A stretch of 64,000 nt of DNA, taken from Dicyema japonicum. Its lineage: Eukaryota; Animalia; Dicyemida. Below, piece by piece: positions 1 to 10,399 of this stretch (its first letter is position 1; the number at the start of each line of letters is the position of its first letter). A program made the translations under genes and the position numbers. The stretch lies in contig RDEW01000006.1 in assembly GCA_011109175.1 (NCBI GenBank), forward strand, positions 1,324,133 to 1,388,132, given 5' to 3'. Under the pieces are notes generated by a model. The model searched no databases, had not been told where the DNA came from, and saw only the letters and a list, made by a program, of their open reading frames with translations.

Positions 1-3000
1 CTATACAATTATATTATGAATTTTATCTTAGACATGAACGTTAGACCTAGCACATTATTATTGTAATAAGTGTCGATTAGTATAACGATTTGAATTCAAA
101 TCTTTAATAAAAATTAAGCTTACTATTTAGCTATAAATAATAACCACCTGGAATAAATCTAAGACGCCTATACAAATATATTATGAATTTTGTGTACGAG
201 ATAAAAGTTAGACCTATAGTTTTATTATTACCATAACTGTCTACCTGTATAACAATTTGAATTCAAATCTTTATTAAAAATTAAAGCTTACTATTTAGCT
301 ATAATTACTCACCACCTGGAATAAATCTAAGACGCCTATACAAATATATTATGAATTTTGTGTACGAGATGAAAGTTAGACCTATAGTATTATTATTGCA
401 ATAAGTGTCGATTAGTATAACGATTTGAATTCAAATCTTTAATATATATTAAGGGTTACTATTTAACAATATATAATAACTACCTGGAATCAAACTATTA
501 CGCCTATACATTTATATTTTGAATTTTATCTACGAGATGAAGGTTAGACCTATTATATTATTATTGTAATAAGTGTCGATTAGTATAACGGTTTGAATTC
601 AAATCTTTAATATATATTAAGGGTTACTATTTAACAATATATAATAACTACCTGGAATCAAACTATTACGCCTATACATTTATATTTTGAATTTTATCTA
701 CGAGATGAAGGTTAGACCTATTATATTATTATTGTAATAAGTGTCGATTAGTATAACGGTTTGAATTCAAATCTTTAATATATATAAAGGTTACTATTTA
801 ACAATATATAATAACTACCTGGAATAAAACTATTACGTCTATACATTTATAATTTGAATTTTATCTACGAGATGAAGGTTAGACCTATTATATTATTATT
901 GTAATAAGTGTCGATTAGTATAACGGTTTGAATTCAAATCTTTAATATATATTAAGGTTACTATTTAACAATATATAATAACGACCTGGAATCAAACTAT
1001 TACGCCTATACATTTATATTTTGAATTTTATCTTGGAGATGAAGGTTAGACCTATTATATTATTATTGTAATAAGTGTCGATTAGTATAACGGTTTGAAT
1101 TCAAATCTTTAATATATATTAAAGGTTACTATTTAACAATATATAATAACTACCTGGAATCAAACTATTACGCCTATACATTTATATTTTGAATTTTATC
1201 TTCGATATGAAGGTTAGACCTATTATATTATTATTGTAATAAGTGTCGATTAGTATAACGGTTTGAATTCAAATCTTTAATATATATTAAGGTTACTATT
1301 TAACAATATATAATAACTACCTGGAATCAAACTATTACGCCTATAGATTTATATTTTGAATTTTATCTACGATATGAAGGTTAGACCTATTATATTATTA
1401 TTGCAATAAGTGTCTAGTAGTATAACAGTTTGAATTCAAATCTTTAATAAATATTAAGCTTACTATTTAGCTATATATAATGACTACCAATAATCAATCT
1501 ACGACGCCTATACAAATATATAATGAATTTTGTTAGGAGATGAAGGTTCGACCTATAATTTTATTATTGCAATAAGTGTCGATTAGTGTAATGATTTGAA
1601 TTCAAACCTTTTATATCTTTTAAAGCTTACTATTTAGCTATATATAATGACCACCTGGAATTAACAATTACGCCTATACAAATATATAATGAATTTTGTC
1701 TAGGAGATGAAGGTTCGACCTATAATTTTATTATTGCAATAAGTGTCTAGTAGTATAACAGTTTGAATTCAAATCTTTAATAAATATTAAGCTTACTATT
1801 TAGCTATATATAATAACCACCTGGATTAAATCTAATACGCCTATACAAATATATTATGAATTTTATACGAGATAAAAGTTAGACCTATAGTTTTATTATT
1901 GCAATAAGTGTCGATTAGTATAACGATTTGAATTCAAATCAATATTATAATTTAAGGTTACTATTTAACAATATATAATAACTACCTGGAATCAAACTAT
2001 TACGCCTATACATTTATATTTTGAATTTTATCTACGAGATGAAGGTTAGACCTATTATATTATTATTGTAATAAGTGTCGATTAGTATAACGGTTTGAAT
2101 TCAAATCTTTAATATATATTAAGGGTTACTATTTAACAATATATAATAACTACCTGGAATCAAACTATTACGCCTATACATTTATATTTTGAATTTTATC
2201 TACGAGATGAAGGTTAGACCTATTATATTATTATTGTAATAAGTGTCGATTAGTATAACGGTTTGAATTCAAATCTTTAATATATATTAAGGTTACTATT
2301 TAACAATATATAATAACGACCTGGAATCAAACTATTACGCCTATACATTTATATTTTGAATTTTATCTACGAGATGAAGGTTAGACCTATTATATTATTA
2401 TTGTAATAAGTGTCGATTAGTATAACGGTTTGAATTCAAATCTTTAATATATATTAAGGTTACTATTTAACAATATATAATAACTACCTGGAATCAAACT
2501 ATTACGCCTATAGATTTATATTTTGAATTTTATCTACGAGATGAAGGTTAGACCTATTATATTATTATTGTAATAAGTGTCGATTAGTATAACGGTTTGA
2601 ATTCAAATCTTTAATATATATTAAGGTTACTATTTAACAATATATAATAACGACATGGAATCAAACTATTACGCCTATAGATTTATATTTTGAATTTTAT
2701 TTACGATATGAACGTTAGACCTATTATATTATTATTGTAATAAGTGTCGATTAGTATAACGGTTTGAATTCAAATCTTTAATATATATTAAGGTTACTAT
2801 TTAACAATATATAATAACGACATGGAATCAAACTATTACGCCTATACATTTATATTTTGAATTTTATCTTGGAGATGAAGGTTAGACCTATTATATTATT
2901 ATTGTAATAAGTGTCGATTAGTATAACGGTTTGAATTCAAATCTTTAATATATATTAAAGGTTACTATTTAACAATATATAATAACGACCTGGAATCAAA

Positions 3001-3870
3001 CTATTACGCCTATACATTTATATTTTGAATTTTGTCTAGGAGATGAAGGTTAGACCTATAATTTTATTATTGCAATAAGTGTCGATGAGTGTAATAATTT
3101 GAATTCAAACCTTTTATATATATTAAAGCTTACTATTTAGCTATATATAATAACCACCAATTAACAATCTACGACGCCTATACAAATATATAATGAATTT
3201 TGTGTACAAGATGAAAGTTCGACCTATAGTTTTATTATTGCAATAACTGTCTACGTGTGTAATGATTTGAATTCAAACCTTTTATATGTATTAAAGGTTA
3301 CTATTTAGCTATATATAATAACGACCTGGAATCAAACTATTACGCCTATACATTTATATTTTGAATTTTACGAGATGAAGGTTAGACCTATTATATTATT
3401 ATTGTAATAAGTGTCGATTAGTATAACGGTTTGAATTCAAATCTTTAATATATATAAAGGTTACTATTTAACAATATATAATAACTACCTGGAATCAAAC
3501 TATTACGCCTATACATTTATATTTTGAATTTTATCTTGGAGATGAAGGTTAGACCTATTATATTATTATTGTAATAAGTATCGATTAGTATAACGGTTTG
3601 AATTCAAATCTTTAATATATATTAAGGGTTACTATTTAACAATATATAATAACGACATGGAATCAAACTATTACGCCTATAGATTTATATTTTGAATTTT
3701 ATCTTACGAGATGAACGTTAGACCTATTATATTATTATTGTAATAAGTGTCGATTAGTATAACGGTTTGAATTCAAATCTTTAATATATATTAAGGTTAC
3801 TATTTAGCAATATATAATAACACTGGAATCAAACTATCGCCTATACATTTATATTTTAATTAATTTTTTT
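1..3870. repeat. Tandem satellite array, 167-168 bp AT-rich monomer, ~23 copies, open at the window start
   Basis: The anchor GTGTCGATTAG recurs at 405, 573, 741, 908, 1075, 1243 etc. (period 167-168). Each monomer contains TTTGAATTCAAA. A degenerate last copy extends to ~3990. Confidence 0.98.
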
Positions 3871-4084
3871 TAGAATTAATAGTGAATATATTCTAATATA
3901 TTATTATTTGGAATCCAAACTACGACGCCTATACCAAGATATTGAAGATTGTATTTTAGCTATTCACCATAGACCTATAATAGTTTTATTTATATGAGTG
4001 CAAATGATTTAGAAGTTTATCTGTTATACAGTCTGTCTTATATGAATCACGGTTCCTATCGATTTTCTCCAACAATTAACAATA

Positions 4085-5868
4085 CAGTAGGACCCCGCCC
4101 CAATCAAACCCCGGCCCTGGAGCACCCTCTGTATTTGGGGTGATTTTTTAAATAAATATAATTATAAGTGATCTTTTACATTTTTTCACATTTTTCGTTC
4201 AATAAATTCAAAATAAAAACCCCGCTTTTTGGGGCACTTTATAGAAAATTTAAAAATCTATTATTTAATTTTTATCTTTAATTTATTAATTTTCAAATAA
4301 TTGTCAGCATGCCTGCGAAGCTTAGTCGTCATTTGAAACAACATATTTTTGATTCTTTAATAAATCAAAATATGTCAGAAAGAAAAATATGTCGATTATA
4401 CAAGATTGGAAAAGGAACTGTTTCTCGAATTAAAAAAGAAATTGGAAAGGACAATATTTCGTTAAACAAAGAAGTATTTTTCGAGGAAGTTTCATGCAAG
4501 AAGTTTGAATCCGACCTTTCTATTCAAATTGATCGATAGTATTCGAAGTCTTCAACAATTTGAGAAAAAAATGGGATTTCAGTATCTGGATGTCTCCTCA
4601 AAAATATTGCAAAAAAGATTGCTGCCAAATTTGAGTTTAATGATTTCAAGGCATCAAATGGATGGCTTGATCGATTTAAAAAGCGACATGAATTACTATT
4701 CAAAGTAATTTCGGGTGAAAAAAACTCATCCGACAAAAAAAACTTAAAGAGTTTTTTAACAATTACGACAGTTTATTTGAGGAATACGATAAAAAAGATA
4801 TTTTTAACTGCGACGAAACTTCTCTTTTTATTAAAAAAAATTCATGTAGATCATTTGTCTCTTCAAATGATGATTGTTTTGGTAAAACGAAAAGTAAAGA
4901 ACGAGTTTCAGTTCTTTTATGCTGCAGCCGTGAAGGCGAGAAATTAAAACCCTTGTTATCGGGAAATTCAAATCCCCAAGATGCTTAAAAAACATAAATA
5001 CAGAAGATTATGGGGTATATTTTGTTGGGTTAATTTTAGGTTCTATATACAGCTTCAAAAAATGCATGGATGACGATGGATATTTTTGATACATGGCTAC
5101 AAAAAATAAACTTCGAAATGGTTCAAAAAAACAGGAAAATTTTGATTGTTATGGATAATGCACGTTGTCACAAATGTCAGGAATATTCAAACTTATCATT
5201 TCTTAAACTTCCTAAAAACACAACAACACTTCTTCAACCTTTAGATATGGGGATCATAAACTCATTCAAATCATGTTATAAGAATGTTCTTTATGAAATG
5301 ATATGTGATGCCCTGTTGAAGATCAATATGAGACAAGTAGTCTCATTTGTGGGAGAAGCATGGACTCGTGTAACAAAAACTACAATATTGAATTGTTGGA
5401 AAAAGATAAATGAGCAAAGAACATTTGTCCATGAAACAAATTCAAAAAAAAGAATCCGAATTAATTGATGAACATATTTCAGATTTAACAGAACTTGAAA
5501 TAAATGGAATAGAAGACAATGAGGCTTTGTATAATGGAAATAATGTGATGGATGGGCTATATTTAAAAGATACAATAAAAATTATGAATAATCTTGAATC
5601 TTCATTATTTAACATTTGTCCTGAAGGCCTTAAAGAATACTATGAATTTAGGATTAAAATTTCAAAAATGCTAAGAAACAAATATTCCATTGGGAACAAA
5701 ATAACTGATTATTTTTCATAAATAAATTGATTCCTTTTTGCAATATGAAGCAAAACATTGTATTGTAAAAATAATTATTTAAAAATACGAATAGAGAGGT
5801 TAAAAATGTAACAATTTAGTATACTCTCTATATTTGGGGCACTTTTCTATTGGGGCGGGGTCCTACTG
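4085..5868 (+). mobile_element. pogo/Tigger-family (Tc1/mariner superfamily) DNA transposon, full-length copy
   Basis: 20-bp TIRs CAGTAGGACCCCGCCCCAAT (4085-4104) and ATTGGGGCGGGGTCCTACTG (5849-5868), flanked by TA at 4083-84 and 5869-70. Contains an internal transposase. Confidence 0.95.
4309..5721 (+). pseudogene. pogo-type transposase (HTH + CENP-B-like HTH + DD29D), frameshifted as given, with a 25-nt intron at 5015-5039
   Basis: Motifs ASNGWLDRFKKRH, IFNCDETSLF, KERVSVLLCCS, ASKNAWMT, MDNARCH and LLQPLDMG; 29 residues separate the 2nd and 3rd catalytic Asp. Several 1-nt indels, mostly in homopolymers. Confidence 0.9.
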
Positions 5869-6059
5869 TACATTTATTTTCTCACAACTTTTCGAAATTA
5901 GCATCATGACATTTAATTTTGCAATAGAATCTGCAAAATCATTTTTCAACATCGTTTTCGACATTTCTTTAGCAATTTTCAATTTAGTTTTGTAATCCAT
6001 TACCACAACAAAAATGAAAATTGAAAATAAAACAAAAATCACAATTTTTTAAGATTAAT

Positions 6060-6300
6060 ATTAATTCAAAAAACACAATTTATTCTTTATTTTAAACTGC
6101 CATCCATCCAAAGTGGACTCCGCCGACATTATCGACGTTGCGTTGTCTCTCTCTATTTCAACAGATATCAACTGGAGTAGCCACCCGTCTCACGTCGTCG
6201 TGGCTTTTTAGTGTAGCTAAGCTTCCAAGTTTCTTTTGGCTGTTGACTTCACAATCATTGGACTATGACAGATCGCTCACCATCATGAAATAATGTACTC
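6060..6300 (-). mobile_element. 3' end fragment of a CRE-clade non-LTR retrotransposon (repeated at about +9.87 kb and +19.7 kb)
   Basis: Minus strand reads WLLQLISVEIERDNATSI, like the CRE C-terminal WL..RISxAIQRGNA. Its tail closely matches 49380-49450. Confidence 0.65.
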
Positions 6301-6499
6301 ATGGTTTAATCGACCTTTCCGAACCTCATTGTTCCCTTTAGAAGCGAATTTGAAACTTGAATTATTAAGATTAATGAGATGGTAAAAATGTTTACTTTTA
6401 ACCAGGATAAGTGTATGAGTGTTTTACATAGAGTTTGTTGTATTGATCAAATTACCTTGTCTTGTCTCTATTGGAAAGTGACTCCATTAACAAATGAAT

Positions 6500-8680
6500 A
6501 TTTTTGTGCCTATTTCTCATTCGTGAGGATAATGAAATCTATGGTTTAGACATTAAGGAAATAATCAATTAATATAATCTGACCACTAATTGGCGATATG
6601 AGTTTTTGTTTATTTCACTAATGCAAAGATATAAATGTTAGAACTATTTAAATACATTGTATGTTCTAATAAAGCCGGTTTCAATTTCAAATACATAATA
6701 GAGCCAGGCAACAGTCAACTTATCCTCATCCCCCTTCTCCGCCTCTCAATTAGTTTTTTCTCACTTTTCTCCACATTCTTATGGGTTTTAATCTGTAAAT
6801 AACTGCAAAATTTTACAAAAAAATAAGTTTAAACATGTTTTTATAGTGGGATCTTAATGTTATTCGTAAGATGTTGCTGATCTCAGTTGTGGAGTGAATG
6901 ATAATAGTAAAAATAGACTTTTGATTCGAACGTAATTGTTATATATTCCGAGTTAATTCGCAAAATACATTAAACTATGGAAACTTGTATTGTTTGATTT
7001 GTTTTGAGATTTGCTTTAATAGTCGAAGGATCAAATCACGGAAGCTTTGAAACCACTTCTCAGAGTAATAAAAGCCAAAATATCGACTAAACATGATATG
7101 ACTAACAAATCCCCTGGAATATGTCAAACTGTAAGTTTATTAGTGATTTAGTCTCAAACAAAATCGATTTTGAATAAATATTGTACTTTATCCAAAATAA
7201 TAGTCAAATGGAAAAGAATGTGTTAATTGATTTAATTTACAGTGCAAATGGTTCGTATAGTGGAAGTCCGAGCAAGGATGTTGATGAGGATTACTCCACT
7301 TGCTTCCTGTTTAGGTCCGAGAATAAGCACGTAAAGTTGAAAATACTAAAGTTTAATTCTCTTGACTACAATCGGAGTACGTACTCTTCTGTAAAACTAT
7401 TAATAATCCAGACATTCATGGACAGAGTCAGAGAAGCAATCAGATACATTCCTTCAGTCAGAAGTCGACAAAAAAACGAACTTGTATAATATTCACTCAT
7501 TTCAGTTATTTAGTATCGTTAGAGATAACAGTAGGGAATTTAAAAACTTTTCTTTTGAAATCCAACGAAATATCATCGACAAAAGTACTTTCATGGAGTA
7601 ACCACATTTGTTTACTTGAAGGTACAAGAAAAATACAAAATTATTCGCAAATAAGGGGGATGTTTACTATCTCTCATTTTTTGTAATGGGAAGAGGTTTT
7701 ACTTTTAAATATTGCAAGTCAAGAAAGTCTACAAAGAGAATAATGAGTTATTGGAGACAGGGTCAATGCTCGGAGTATTATTCTTAATTAGTGAGTAGTT
7801 TGAAGAGATTATGTGCAACAAACAGAGGGAGTATACTGTGGTTACAAAGTCTGATTGCATAGTTCTTCTACTCTACATTAATGTTAGATTATTAATCATT
7901 TTAGGATTTCAAAAATATTTTTAAGACTAACAGCTTATCAGAGATCACATACTCGTATTGGTCTTTATGTAGTCTAGCGAGGAAGTATATGATTCTGTGA
8001 TCAGAAAATTACATCAAAAATATTCCCAAAAGTGGTATTTATTAGATTATCGGTAATATTCTTGTTTATTTTAAAGAAAAAACGAAATTATCTCAGAAAA
8101 CATTAAACATTCGAAATGGATTTACGTCATTCTATATGTGACTGTAGATGTAATTTTAGGGCAATGCTAATCTTGTCTTTAAAGTAAGTGAATCCACTGA
8201 GTTTAAGCAAACAGATATGAAGGACTTTAACAAATGTCGACATAACAATTGCTTTGACTTTCTGATTGATTCTACATTCTGTACTTTCGTGTTAAATAAA
8301 GACAGATCGCCCCGAGAGATTATATAAAAGATCGAGAACTGCATATGGTGGTAGTAAACGTCCGGTTACTGCATTTTCGTATAATAGAGAGAGGAGTGTA
8401 GTTAATAATAATTTATATTTTACTCTAAGAAGACTGAAACCATATAATGTATTTGTAATTCTCTTTGTGTCATAATAGGGAATTTGTGATAAAGAATCTA
8501 ATATAAATATATTAATGATAAGTGACCAGTGTAAAGTACTCCATATCAGAAAGGAGGTATTGGAGTCTGAAACTGATGTTTTATTTACGAACTTTTTAAA
8601 ATCTAATGTATTTTTCTTTTGATATTTTAGTGGGTTCCGTTACCGTGGTTTAATGCAATATTATTTTCTTCCCTTTAATA
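6500..8680 (+). CDS. Possible micro-intron gene or pseudogene with CUB-like motifs; copies at ~16370-18550 and ~26220-28400
   Basis: Removing three GT-AG segments of 21, 21 and 23 nt gives an open frame from ~7022 to ~7380. CUB-like end motifs AGFNFKY (~6674-6694) and GRGFTFKY (~7690-7712). I could not assemble a complete model. Confidence 0.35.
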
Positions 8681-8899
8681 AACATTTTTGATTAATTAAT
8701 TATAAATTTAATTTATCATAAAATTTAAATTTAGTCCACAACTCTTTATAGATTATTAGGACTGGAAGGTTTTCCAGAATGCCCGATATAAATGAATGTG
8801 ATGTTTGGAATAGACTCACTTTGACCTTGTAAGCTGAATATTCCTTAATTATACTTTAACTCTTAACCTTTCTCAGTTATGTTTGGAAATATTAATGAA

Positions 8900-9560
8900 C
8901 AAATACTTTTCAAGACCTATTGAGGACAACCGGCTATTCAAGTACATTTTACAATGAGGGGGCTGCCAGAGAAATAGCTTCGGGTTGGGTGATAAAATAC
9001 TCGATTCTTCTTAATTATTTGGGATGTCGAGAGGCTGGTTTTTTTTGCCGACACATAATACTTTCCGAACCAAAAAGCTCCTGTAGCGCGCTTTTTTCTC
9101 CTAGTTTAACGTCTTTAAGAACTGTGCCTTCATGATCAATCGTAAGTACCAGGTAGCGTAGTGAGCGCACTCTCAGCACTCTAAGCGAGTGTAACTTATT
9201 ATGGTGCTGTTTATTCGACTAATTTTAGGAGTTCGACTTTTCTGCGGAGTGCTGATTCCCCACCGGTTACACCAGTCTTGGGCATACGTAATGTATTCTC
9301 TGAGTCTCCTTAGGTTAGGTTTGAGTTGCCAGACATGTCTATTAATAGAATATCATTCACGTAGATAAATAGTTTTGAGTTCTGGTCCTGTGGGATTGGA
9401 AAATCTGACATAAGTATATTACAAAAGAAAGGACTCAAGACAGAGCCCTGTTGTATGTATCTTGCAAATGATATCTTTTCAGATATAAATCCTTCAACTC
9501 TCCCTTTGACTTTTTTCCCATCAGGAAATCCTTCAACGTAAAAATATATATTATTGAATA
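8900..9560 (-). mobile_element. Degenerate LINE RT fragment, same family as 10400-12960 (also in units 2 and 3)
   Basis: Frameshifted QQGSVLSP..FNILMSDFPIPQDQNSKLFIYVNDILLIDMS parallels PQDSVLSSLLFNILSDFPTPSDPNSNLSIYADDILIMDMS. Confidence 0.7.
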
Positions 9561-9899
9561 ATCGCTGAGACCAGTTTTGATAGGAGGGCTACATACCATA
9601 CACCTGGGGTCGACTGGCTTTTTGTCTTCGCGGGCCAAAATTTTATTTTTATGAGATGCGGCCAAAGGAGAAAAATTTTTAAATTTTCAAAGAAATGAAT
9701 TTATTTTTTAATAAAATATTAACGTCTACGTTAATCTCACTAATATATCGTTAATATGTTAATCAGTCATTCTCGTTCTTAGACAATTTTCACATTTTCA
9801 ATTTTAAGAATAACTGATTTCGCAAATATGAAACATCATAATTCTTTTCCTCAAGAAAAATTATGACATCATCCCGATATAAAATAGTCTCTTGAAAAC

Positions 9900-10390
9900 C
9901 CTCTGTTAAGCCATCTGACATTACAAAATATAAGAGATCTCCATATTCTGCTTTAGTATTACAATTTGTCTATCTGCCGATGATTTAAGCCGTGGGATCA
10001 AATACAATTAGCTCTCTTGGTCTACTCTAGGAGGGATAAGATCTTCACCCTCTTCGGAAAAGAAGAACCACCCCTTGCATGGCTAACGTGTAACTTTTAT
10101 GTACATAGAACTGAGTGCAAAGCTCTGTTTCTCTTCTCCTTATGTCGTCCATGTAATCTCCTGCATGTCCATAGTCAACCCCCATTGTTTATTCCCAGTG
10201 TGTATTCTTGTTTAAGGTGCTTTTCACATTATTTATTCGGAGTCCGCATGATTTTTCAACATAGAATTTTAACCCTCTCATGATGCACCATTGCTTAATC
10301 TAGTCCACATACTCCCGGATTCTTCCTTCAGATATAGAAGATTTTAGAGATGTGTCCATCACAAACGTTTTTTCAATGTTTGGTCTTGTG
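9900..10390 (-). mobile_element. Degenerate LINE fragment downstream of YADD, same family (also in units 2 and 3)
   Basis: EGRIREYVD*IKQWCIMRGLKFYVEKS aligns with ERRHKIFIDQVQGCCVRRRMKLSTEKS of the 10689 ORF. Confidence 0.55.
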
Positions 10391-10399
10391 AAAAAACTT

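Noticed and set aside
1-3870. CRISPR-like array
   Set aside because: The whole 167-bp unit repeats, there are no unique spacers and no cas genes, and the context is eukaryotic.
1-3870. CENP-B box in the satellite
   Set aside because: No TTCG....A..CGGG-type motif seen in the monomer.
4700-4800. An intron that repairs the shared transposase frameshift
   Set aside because: Frame-restoring GT-AG pairs here are 35 or 47 nt, are A-rich, and would delete residues expected between GE and IFNxDET. The 21-nt candidate does not change frame.
9305-9325. TTAGG telomeric repeats (also ~13648)
   Set aside because: Only two units, embedded in TE-derived sequence.
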